A DNA stretch of 64,000 nt, taken from positions 29,939,321 through 30,003,320 of the forward strand of contig NC_068995.1 of NCBI RefSeq assembly GCF_001194135.2. Direction: 5' to 3'. Position 1 is the stretch's first letter. Each line of letters opens with the position of its first letter. The position numbers were made by a program, and so were the translations under genes. Shown here in pieces: positions 52,601 to 64,000 of this stretch. This DNA comes from Octopus bimaculoides (taxonomy: Eukaryota). The notes beneath the pieces are model-generated. The model was not told where the DNA came from and did not search any database. It was given only the letters and a program-made list of their open reading frames with translations.

Positions 52601-53444
52601 AATTTCCCATTCGGTCACACCCTCTAACTGGTGCTTCCCCCTAGCCCCCTATACATACAAATGTCCACGCATTCACTTGTCACTACCTCGTTTCTATTCC
52701 CACTCAAACACTTTAATGCTTTGTATGCACCTCCTACACAATTATTACACCTTATTTACACTGAACTTTTCTCCTTACATCTTAGACTGACAATCAGTTC
52801 AGCGTTATCAAGTATTGTTATTGACGTCACATACATTTACACTACTTCTCTCACAAACTCTCTTACAAACGCATACAAACTACGACTTCAACGCTTAATT
52901 CCTTTAGCGCATGCCCAACTTGCTCCACTTTCCTTTCTTTTCTCTATTGGAGACCACTAACTCTCTTTTATTCATTGTCTGCTATTAATTGTCGTGCTTT
53001 TTTATTTATTTTTTTTTTTACGATCACACATACTTATATTTTTTTTCCTTTAGTCTTCCTTCCATTTATTTTGACAAATGGCAATTAAAAGAAACGTTTA
53101 TTAGATTAAGACAATAACTTTATACACGAGTTTCTTTATTGCTGTTGTTGTTCGTCTTCGGGAATATGCATGTATGTATCTATTTGTCTGTATTCATCTT
53201 TCTATGTTTTCCGGTATTAAAGTACACTGCATAGCAAAACAAGTATTCCATGCAGATATCAAAAGAAATAACATTCATACATAAACGCACATTCATGCTC
53301 ACGCATACATATATTTGCATGTGAAAATTGAATATATACGACTGAGAGAGAGAGAGAGAGAGTGAGAGAGTGAGAGAGAGGGGGGTGCATCTATATGTGT
53401 GCATGTGTTTCTGAATATATACGTGTATAAAAATATTTATTTCT

Positions 53445-53976
53445 TTATTGCCCACAGGGAGCTAAACGTAGCGGAGACAAACAAGGACAGATAAAGGGAT
53501 TAAATCGATTACATCGACCCCAGTGCGTAACTGGTACTTATTTAATCGACCTCGAAAGGATGAAAGGCAAAGTCGACCTCGGCGGAATTTGAACTCAGAA
53601 CATAAAGACAGACGAAATACTGCTAAGCTTTTCGCCCGGTGTGCTAACGTTTCTTATTTCTTTATTGCCCACAAGGAGCTAAACATAGAGGGGACAAACA
53701 AGGACAAAGGGATTAAGTCGATTACATCGACCCTAGTGCGTAACTGGTACTTAATCTATCGAACCCAAATTCGGCGGAATTTGAACTCAGAACGTAACGG
53801 CAAACGAAATACCGCTAAACATTTCGCTCGGCGCGCCACCAGCACGCCACCAGCGTGCTAACGTTTCTGCCAGCACGCCACCAGCGTGCTAACGTTTCTG
53901 CCAGCACGCCACCAGCGTGCTAACGTTTCTGCCAGCACGCCACCAGCGTGCTAACGTTTCTACCAGCTCGCCGCCT
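53445..53976 (-). mobile_element. Two tandem SINE family A copies; the head of the second carries a 31-bp x4 repeat
   Basis: Copies at about 53445-53655 and 53656-53976; unit gccagcacgccaccagcgtgctaacgtttct repeated at 53839-53975. Confidence 0.85.
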
Positions 53977-54092
53977 TGGGTATATAGATATTATATAACT
54001 TATGCCTATATGTAAGAACTTCTTTCACATACAGTCACGCTCACACGCACACATACGAACATATACACAGATAGCTAGCTGTAGGTAGCTGT

Positions 54093-54194
<102 letters not shown>

Positions 54195-54629
54195 GTGTAC
54201 AAATATGTGAGCATGTGCGTCCTTGTATGTGCATGTGTGTATGATTCATTGAGACATACCAAATCTTTTAACTGATTAAGAGTATTTCTTTATTTTTCAT
54301 ATCCAGCGCGAGTCACGTTAGGCGAAGTAACATCGGGTGTGGGTGGTGAATGTCTCCAACAGGAAGTTTTGTTTCGTTTATTCAAGAAGAATACACACTA
54401 CGCTACATGATGCGTTTGCGTACGATTGTACGAAAATACGATTGTGTATATTTATGGTTATATGTGCAAGGGTGCTCATGCAAGCATTTACAAGCGTTTG
54501 AGTGTGTGCATAGGTGTTACTATGTATCTAAATTTGCTTCTTCGTGTAGTCTTGATATAAAACCAGTGTTGTTCAATTAGTAAGGAAATACAGCACAATG
54601 CATCTGTGTAATCTGTAATGAATGGACTA

Positions 54630-54686
<57 letters not shown>

Positions 54687-55478
54687 CGAGCGCTAGTTTT
54701 GTGGTGGGGTTTCGGTGTTTAGAAAGTCTTCTGGTAATAAGCAAATCGAGTTAATTGCCTAAACAGTTATCACTTCCAACTGTGTTTTGTATAAGCCTTT
54801 CCTGTCTATGGTCACATTATCTAGCAAAAATACTGATGTATTCAATAATAGTCAAGTAAACAGGTAGAATCCGATGCAGGAAACTTTAAAAGTCTCCCCC
54901 AAAAAGTCACGAAATTATCCATGTTTGGAAGTGGGGAGAGAATATTGATTCTATTATGTCGATTTCTAACATTGGGTGATGCCGATTCCGAATGAATCAA
55001 TACCACTACTTAACTGGTATTTTATCGACTCCGGAATAACAAAAAGCAAAGTTAAACTCGGTCATAGTTAAATATCGTAAGGCATTTAATCTGATGTCTG
55101 AACTATTCTGCTAATCTACTGTCATATATACTCTGCTATATTAGCACTGAAACTGAAGCCTTTGCCTATTTTTTATTATCTAGGTTTTGCTACCATGGCT
55201 ATAGCAATGGTATTCGGATGTATAGACACCTTCAATAGTTAAATTCACTGAAAGACATGCAGGCTAACGAAATTCACTAAGTTGTTTCTATCAACAGTGA
55301 GCTGTATCATTCTGTAGTACCTACATACGGCTAGATGGAATGGATCGTTGAGGTTTTAGTGTCATAAACATGGGCACATCACTGTAACAGTGTAGGAACT
55401 GATGAACTTTGGTTAGTTAGCGATACCCCGTCGGCATGGCCATCTGTAACTGTCCTCCAATAATCTTAGAAGCACTTA

Positions 55479-57034
55479 TCTATATACTACTAAAGCTCTC
55501 AGATTACTTGCTTGTCTGTCATTTAATGCAGCCAAACTGACGCATAATGGGAAAATACTATAAATTACGGTATCCCTCAAACGTGAATACAAGCGGAATA
55601 AAACAAGTTTTGAGTAAATCGGACCACGGATTCCTGAAATATGAGAGTTTTGGGGGCGGTATTCATGAAAACCCAAAACGCTGCATAATGGAAAATACTT
55701 CGAAAATAACATAACCCTGAAAGGGAAGAAACCGTAACTTTTCTTTTAGAGACTTTATGATCAATGTCTTCTGTATTTTGAAGATGAACTTCACGACTTG
55801 GCCAAAAGTCTTAGTGACTAACTTGCCAACGACAAAATACGAGCTGTTTTTACAGTAAATGTTTCTATTTTTGCTTTTGTTAAGCACAATATTTTAATCA
55901 TTTAGAAATATTTTTAAGTGAATGGGATTTCAAAATACAAGTTGTTTGTACTGTAAGTATTTATATTTTAGCTTTCTTTAAACAAACAATATTTCAATTT
56001 TTTAAAAAATTATTTTCGGTAAATATTTTGTAAAGGACCCGTTCGTACTTCTGTGTGAAATAATTTTTTTGCACAGGATTTTTCGAGTGCATTCAACGTA
56101 TCTGACCTCCAAACCCGCCGCAAGCCACTTTTTTCCGGAAAAGAAAGGGGTGGAGGGGTGGTGGAGACCTCGGAATTTCCCACCAACGGAGTTTTGTTTC
56201 GCGGATTCTTTTTCTTTTCCAGGTTATTTCGCATGCTTTCAATGAAGGTGACATCAAAATCACGCGTAAACGGCTCTCTTCCCAGAAAAAGAAAGATTTG
56301 GCTGCTATTTCTAACACGCCCTGCTATCATGTAATAGCTATTTGCGATAAAGGACCCGAAATAGCTGTTACGTGGTAGTATGGCGTGCTAGAAATTGCAG
56401 CCAAATCTNNNNNNNNNNNNNNNNNNNNNTCACATTCGTTGAAATAACCTGGAAAAGAAAAGAAAATCGCGAAACAAAACTCTGTTGGTGGGAAACGCCG
56501 ATGTCCCTACCACCCATGGTTTCGAGGTGGTTTCGAGATACGTTGAATGCACATGGAAAATCCTGTGGAAAAAATTATTTCACACCGAAGTACGAACGGG
56601 TCTTTTACGAAATATTTACCCAATATCGGGACAAGCATGCGAATAGAAGGATCGATGAGACTGATAAAGCAAGGGCTGAGCGTCTGGCGGAACAGAGGGA
56701 AAGAGACAGGAGCAGGAGAGATCAGGAATCGGACGCTCGGAGAGCTAAGCGTCTGGAGAAACAGAGAGAAAGAGGCAAAAGCAGAAGACAAACGGAATAA
56801 AACAAGTTTCGCGTAAATCGGAGCACGGGTTACCAAGATATACGTTTTTTTTGTTTTTTTTCGGGTACCTTTATAAATAGCCAAACCGGCGTGTAATGAG
56901 AAAAATGCCATTGAGATGTGAATACAAACGGAATAACACAATTTTCGCGTAAATCAGACCCCGGATTCCCAAGATACGCGGCTTTTTCGGGTGCCTTGAA
57001 CTATTGGTGACCCAACGGCTCACGGCTAGTCTAG
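55479..57034 (+). mobile_element. Non-autonomous Helitron with both termini
   Basis: 5' A|TCTATATACTACTAAAG; 3' gtgacc-caac-ggctcac hairpin then CTAG|T; three copies of an internal ~60-bp subrepeat (55583, 56790, 56920); no TSD, as expected for Helitrons. Confidence 0.7.
56010..56625. repeat. Imperfect palindrome, arms about 270-330 bp, 15-nt loop at 56344-56358
   Basis: The right arm is the reverse complement of the left with deletions; a single-arm homologue lies at about 19860-20190. Confidence 0.85.
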
Positions 57035-57644
57035 TTTTAACTAAAATGTAAATTATAATCAACAGTGGTACCATGTGGTGCGAATGGGATAGATTTGAAC
57101 TCTAAGCTGTTGAGTTATCAAACTACATATTGCTTTCTTTCTTAGTTAAAAAGCTGTAAATAAGGAAGAAAACTGAAATCGTGTGATATTCATGACGTTC
57201 TCATATGTATCTTAGCAAGTGAATTAGCTTTAACGGGAGAGTTTCTCAAGACATTTAACTCGAAACTGGTGCAGTCCACCAAGCTGTACTTAAACTATCC
57301 TTTATGTATGACTTAGGGGAGAAATAGTCTTCGCAATATGTACACCTATATACTGAATTGCACTAAACCAACGTCCATCTTGTTAGAAATAGTGGCCAAA
57401 TCTCTCTCAAATCACAGCTTATCATTTCAAACTACATTCGATTATTTCTAAATATACTATACTTGAGAAAAAGATAGGGCTGGTCACAGTTGAAATAAAA
57501 TAAGATAAGGATGGTCAAGGTTGGAATACCTTTTGTCATGGGTCTGCTAGATCAAAGTCGATATTGGGAGAAACAATAACTGTAACAACTACAAAGTCTC
57601 AATGTCTCGTTGTTTAATTTGTCTTCCTGAACAACATCACTAAC

Positions 57645-58030
57645 AACAATATCGGTTTCAAATTTTGGCACAATGCTAGCAGTTTCGGGGAGGGGTAAGT
57701 CGATTACATCGACTTCAGTGTGCAACTGGTACTTATTTTATGGACTCCGCGATGATGAAAGCCTAAGTCGACCCGCGATGATGAAAGCCTAAGTCGACCA
57801 CGGTGGAATATGAACTCAGAATGTAAAGACGGACGAAATGTCACTAAGCATTTTGCCCGGCATGCTAACGATTCTGTCAGTTCACTACCTTAACAACATC
57901 AATAATATTGGTTTCAAATTTCAGTATAAGGCCAGCAATTTCAGGGCTGGGCAAAGCCGATTAAATGGACCCCAGTGCCCAGTTGGTACCTATTCTATCG
58001 ACTCCGAAAGGATGGAAGGCAAGACATTGA
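57645..58030 (+). mobile_element. Degenerate SINE family A-related fragments
   Basis: aagtcgattacatcgac, caactggtacttattt, gaactcagaatgtaaagac, with an internal ~26-bp duplication at 57755-57800. Confidence 0.7.
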
Positions 58031-58496
58031 GTTAATCACCGTGAACATCGGGAAAGGGTTAAAAGATATAGCTATCAAATGTTTTTTAATCGTAATTAAA
58101 AACTTCTAAATTGCGATCCACCAACAAGCATTCTTAATGACTCTTAGTCAAAAAAACACTTGATTCAATGAATTACATTTCCTGAGCTGAAAAATGGAGA
58201 ATACTTTATCTGAGGTGAGTTAACCAAAGATTTACTTTGATATTATATCTTATAGATGGTAAAGGCTGATACCATATCTGCTTTCTGTTGAAGAAATCCG
58301 AAATCTAATTAACTGAGACTTATTGAAGGATTAATTTAAGTATTTATCTTCTATTATAAGGTCAAGGTAGCAGTAAATTAATAAAAACAGACGGGACTGC
58401 GTTTCCATAAGTCATGTGATCAGTTATAGGACATGCTATAAATAACGCAGCATTTAAACGTGTTTTGTCTTCGAAAACCTGACGGGTACATGGAAC

Positions 58497-58568
58497 CACT
58501 AGCGTAGTTGGGGGCGGGGCGTTAGGGGCGGTCCGCCCCGGGTGACACACACTTTAGCTACGCTAGTG
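58497..58568. mobile_element. 72-bp hAT MITE
   Basis: Perfect 11-bp TIR CACTAGCGTAG and perfect 8-bp TSD CATGGAAC (58489-58496, 58569-58576). Confidence 0.88.
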
Positions 58569-59187
58569 CATGGAACATACAGTAAATGCAGACATTTCAT
58601 TGAGAATTTGGTGGGAGCAAGCACTTGATTTTATGCTTCTCAATATATGTAGCTTTAAAGAAATAGATATACAACAGTCTATATCCTATCCAGGTTTAAA
58701 CATCACATCCCATCCGTTAAATTCCGTGAGAACCAGAACCAGCTAATCATAAACACCCTCTCTGTACATCCAGTTATGTAGAGGACATTTATAATTATAT
58801 CTATATTTATTTATGTGTTACTGCTTGCGAAAACATAAACTTTCTAGAAAATAAACTCTTTTGCTGTTTCATCTCCACAGCACGTAACATTGAGAAGGAT
58901 GTGATGCTCCACCCACTAGTGACCATAACGACAAACACAAACACATACAGGAATGTTCGTTAATGAATTCTTGTTTCAAATGCCAAACTACTTTGATAGC
59001 TACTTAGATGGGGATGTTATATAAATACAAGAGAAATATGTAAGCCATCAAATCTTCATAAACACACGTCTTACATTGCCGATTATCAGGCGTGCGTGAA
59101 TGCAACTTTATATTTTTTCGCCTATATTTAGAAATTTAAACAGATGGAAATCTATAGAGAATAGTGTAAATCGTAAACGCCTTATAT

Positions 59188-59298
<111 letters not shown>

Positions 59299-59674
59299 GC
59301 AGCCGAAGTAGAGTCGTTAGAGCATTGTATAGAATACGTGGCACTATTTCTTACGACTCTCTGCGCTGAGTTCAGATCTTGCCAAAATTAACTTTTCGTC
59401 TTTTCGAAATCCATGAAGTACTAGCCTGTTTGTGATTCACCCCTGCCACTCCATTCCCTCTACCAGTAGCATCATGAATGCTACTCTGGGTCAAGGGTGT
59501 GAATGTAAAGAGATAATCTGTATTTGCTTATGACTACCTGGTACCTAAAATTATTTATGCATGCATGGTACACGTTGATACCAAGCAACACTCGACTGCG
59601 AGTGACAGCTATAATATGTGTGTATGTATGTATGTATGTATGTATGTATGTAGGTAGGTAGGTAGGAAGGATGG

Positions 59675-59998
59675 TAGGCGAACTGGCAGAAACGTTAGCA
59701 CGCCGGGCGAAATGCTTAGCGATATTTCGTCTGCCGTTACGTTCTGAGTTCAAATTCAGCCGTGAAGGCGGCGAGCTGGCAGAATCGTTAGCACGCCGGA
59801 AAAAATGCTTAGCGGTATCTCGTCTGCTGCCAAGTTCTCAGTTCAAATTCCGCCGAGGTCGACTTTGACTTTCATCCTTTCGGGGTCGATTAAATAAGTA
59901 CCAGTTACGCACTGGAGTCGATATAATCGATTTATCCGTTTGTCTGCCCTTGTTTGTCCCCTCTGTGTGTAGCCCCTTGTGGGCAGTAAAGAAACAAG
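59675..59998 (+). mobile_element. SINE family A with duplicated head
   Basis: Head at about 59675 and again at about 59768, followed by one body and tail. Confidence 0.85.
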
Positions 59999-60924
59999 GA
60001 AGGAAGGTAGGTAGGTAGGTAGGTAGGTAGGTTATTTGTTTGTTTATATATTTATGAGTGTGTGTGCGTTCCGATATTTTTAGAGTGTTCCAGATCGGAA
60101 CGAATATATCTGAGGATCGTAAGACTTTCCTTACATAAAGCTGAAATATTTTATCTAAATACATATAATACGATCCAATATATGCTTATGATATTATATG
60201 ATATAATACACACACACGCACGCGCGCGCGCTCATACGTATTAATAAACACGAAATTCTGTCTGTCCATCCGATTCCCCTGTATCTCAGTCTACATTTCT
60301 CTAAATAGCCATATTATACCATTTTGGAATCAGGATGATCCCAGGATTGAAAATCTGCCCTTCATTTAGTTCTTGAACATCAAGCATTGGGATCTGATTT
60401 AAAAGCATTTGAGTTGCTACTTCTTGCAGGTAGAGCTTGGCTGATTCACGTCATCTTGGTTGGCGTATGTCAGATGACGTCAGAGATCAAGGAACAGACA
60501 TTTGCTTCGTTAATTTTACGTCGAGATAAGAACTTTGGGACAAATTGACCAACAGTTGGAATTCAACTTGGGACTGGAACAATAGAATGATTACATTACA
60601 GAGTTAATTCTCATCCGTCCTCTGATCAAACACCACCGGGGCATATAGTCACTATAGACGTATTATAGTCATGCTATTTAGTTCTCTTTGGTTTTGAGCT
60701 GCAGGTCCAATTAACCCTCTGCAGAAGCTAGCTTAAAAGTCTGCCACGGAGTGCGGCTTTTGAGCTAGTATCTTTATAAGAGTCAGTTTGAAGAAGAAAG
60801 ATATGTATATATACTTTATTTGATATAGTGCATGCTTTGGTATAAGTGTTGGGAGTGTGTGTGTGCGTGTGTGTGTGTGTGCGTGTTTGTGTTTGCGTTT
60901 GTGTGTGTGTGTGTGCATAAATGT

Positions 60925-61156
60925 TTCTTATTTCTTTACTACTCACAAGGGGCTACACACAGAGGGGACAAACAAGAACAGACAAAGGGATTAAGTCGAT
61001 TATATCGACCCCAGTGCGTAACTAGTACTTATTTAATCGACCCCAAAAGGATGAAAGGCAAAGTCGACCTCGGCGGAATTTGAACTCAGAACGTAGCGGC
61101 AGACGAAATACCGCTAAGCATTTTTCCCGGCGTGCTAACGATTCTGCCACATCGCC
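60925..61156 (-). mobile_element. SINE family A, full-length
   Basis: Reverse complement of the family A pattern seen elsewhere in the window. Confidence 0.85.
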
Positions 61157-61321
61157 ATACATACATACATACATACATGCATAAATGTTTCTGTATGTAT
61201 ATATGTATGTATGTATGTTTATGCTTACAGACAAAAATTCAATCGAGAAAATCTCTAAAATCAGTGCCCCAGCAAAGCCGCAGAATACATAATCAAGCAC
61301 CACACGACCGCCCAACCCACA

Positions 61322-61420
<99 letters not shown>

Positions 61421-61756
61421 GCATACATACCATACATACACATATACATACATACATACATACATACATGTATTTGTATGCAGTTACACGAAGCTGTCAA
61501 TGAAAACGATATATATCATAAATATATCTTAGTTCTGACTTCCACGGTATACTGTACTTATTCACTTCTCTTAGCTAACTAATCTGTACATTGATAGATA
61601 GTCATCATTGATAGATAGACATATTCCGTCTGATGTTTGATGTTAAAGAAACTTGTACCCCAGCGCTTCTTTGAGACGCTGCGAAACACGTTGGTGATTG
61701 TATCAATTTACAGTGACGTTAGGCATGTTTATTTGAATGAATGCATATGGTGTGCG

Positions 61757-61790
<34 letters not shown>

Positions 61791-61916
61791 TGTATGTATG
61801 TATGTATGTATGTATGTATGTATGTACGTATGTGTATTTGTGTGTGTGCGTATGTGTGTGTGTATTTATGTATGCATGTGTAAATATATATACGCAAATA
61901 TGTACATACGTACGTA

Positions 61917-61966
<50 letters not shown>

Positions 61967-62149
61967 GCGATGTGCTTTCTGTTGTAAATGTTCATTGATG
62001 CTTGTAGCGAATCAGAATGTGTTTTTAGAGCTGCACTTAAAATGATAAACAACTCTCACGAACAATTAACAGAAACTTAATTTACTGCATATAGTGTTTT
62101 CTGTGTTGGACTTTGGATGAAGAATTAAAGCAACGATTTGTACACGCTG

Positions 62150-63075
62150 AGAGAGACATATTAAAGGGGTCAACCACAAAATAGCTGGTACGTATTAGTC
62201 TGAGAGTAGCCCATCACCACTGGGAAAATAATCACGTTGATTTCATGACGGCAGATCAATACCTTCTATCTGCACGGTTGGTAAATAGAAAACGAAAATG
62301 GATTCGTTACAACAACTGCCTCAACATTCTGTACTTGCCGCCAAAAACTCATCTTTTTATAAGTTTCAATAGAAGTTTCTAGAAAGCCGAATCACGTGAT
62401 GACTTAATGTTGATAGATCAGTTAATCGATTGATCGCGTGAAGATGACAGTGATCTCAATGTAACATCTGCACAGCTATCCAGCGATTTGGTTTCGAAAA
62501 TGCTACATATGCATGCATTGTTGCTAAAACAAAATACAATGTCATACAAAAAGAACGCAGTCCTGGGACAAAAAGAGAGACTCCTCCTGTTATTAAATAC
62601 CTACATAACCATAAACACAATGTTAGTGTAACATTCCCATTAAAGTTTCCACCAAATGCAAACATAGCAGGTCAGATATTGTTATTTGGTACAGAAAAAA
62701 AAAATGTATATACCGCCATGGAGGTCAGTTGTCCTACTGATGTGAATATCTCTTCGAAAATCGAAGATAATGAAGATAACTGCATCAAAATCGTCAGCTT
62801 CGGTACCTAGATTATAAACTTGTATTTATGCTAATAATAACTGCTACACTGATTCTGTTTGTAAAGTGACAATCTAAAAAAGTTGAGTTTTTCAGAAAAA
62901 GAAAACCAGTTTCTATCACGCACATTACAAATAAAATCAGTAAAAACGCGCAAAAAGTTTCTCAAATTCAAAATACGAATTTGTTTTTATCAACAGTTCA
63001 GTCATGAATTTTTGTATCTATGTTAGAATCCAGCTCCTTCTTTCCAGAAAAACTTAAAATAATTAAAAATACAAG
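62150..63075 (+). mobile_element. Old R4/Dong-clade 3' fragment (RLE and 3' UTR)
   Basis: IVAKTKYNVIQK, NVPIKVSTKCKHSRSDIVIW, MEVSCPTDVNISSKIE; 3' UTR atctatgttagaatccagctcc resembles that of the 15.3-kb copy and is followed by (CTAC)n(ATAC)n. Confidence 0.6.
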
Positions 63076-63101
63076 AGAACCTACCTACCTACCTACCTAC
63101 A

Positions 63102-63135
<34 letters not shown>

Positions 63136-63947
63136 CATACATACATACACACACACACATATGTATACACATACATGCACACATACATATATACACACAT
63201 ACACACATACAAACATACACAAACATACATACATATACATACACATACATACACACATACATGGATACACGCATACACATGCGTACGTACACGCGTAATA
63301 CGCACGCACGCTCACACACATGTGTGTGTGAGTGTGTGTGTGTGTGAGCAACAACAGAAAACATGTAAATGGATATTAAGACACACATATGTGTGTGTGT
63401 GTCTGAATATTCATTCACACGTGGGAGAGCAATAGCAGGGGTACGCAGAAATTCCGGGATAGTGTCCGGCGTGCTAGAAGACCACTGGAGAAGGTCACTC
63501 TGGTATAAAACCAGATATGTAGTGAATGGCATTGGACATTTTCGGGATCTTTTGCTTATGCTTGAGATCATAGCGCTTCCACATCCCTGAGCCTGCATCT
63601 CATATTGGCACGAGACATCTTGCCTCAGCTTGTCTCTGGATAATATCAATAAAGTGGAGAGAGTCTATGAGGTGTCATGCAAGCCTTATTGGACCTAAAA
63701 CTCTGCACAGGCATTGCTGACCACTGCTCGATATGTGCTTTTTTTTTCTTTCCCTATATATATTTATCTTATTTTTAGTATATATTTATATATTTTTAGT
63801 ATATTCTTATTTTATTTTTTATTCGGAAGTCTTGCGGCGATGGGAAGGTGGTGAAGCATGCAGACCTGACAGGTTGGAAGCATGTAGTCAGTGACTTGCA
63901 CGTAGGCAGCCCATGCTAGATATAAAGTCGTCTCCTTGTCGCCCAAG

Positions 63948-64000
<53 letters not shown>

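Noticed and set aside
63410-63730. GC-richer island overlapping ORFs 63089-63649 and 63369-63590
   Set aside because: No identifiable domain; the ORF length comes mostly from the adjoining microsatellite. Probably an unclassified repeat.

Overview
AT-rich, microsatellite-dense eukaryotic DNA from a gapped draft assembly. The repeat families (tRNA-derived SINEs resembling octopod OK/OR types, R4/Dong, CR1, Tx1, Penelope) suggest an Octopus genome; this is an inference. No intact protein-coding gene can be supported. Most ORF-track entries are microsatellite or N-gap artefacts, and every recognisable protein motif belongs to a decayed transposon: CR1 RT (29.7-31.4 kb), R4/Dong RT, zinc knuckle and RLE (15.3-17.3, 48.7-49.3, 62.1-63.1 kb), Tx1 (21-22.8, 48.0-48.4 kb), Ty3/Gypsy RT-RNaseH (45.7-46.9 kb), Penelope GIY-YIG/RT (6.3-11.5 kb), a non-autonomous Helitron with both termini (55.5-57.0 kb) and hAT MITEs with TSDs. 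The strongest non-transposon signals are a minus-strand hairpin at 45.38-45.48 kb with canonical pri-miRNA geometry, a compact CRE/GC-box/TATA promoter with a non-coding first exon at 42.1-42.4 kb, a minimal Penelope-type hammerhead ribozyme at 8.42-8.47 kb, apparent (TACA)n-associated R4/Dong insertion, and several long foldback inverted repeats. All were found by eye and need computational or expression confirmation. I found no evidence for a wholly new multi-gene system.
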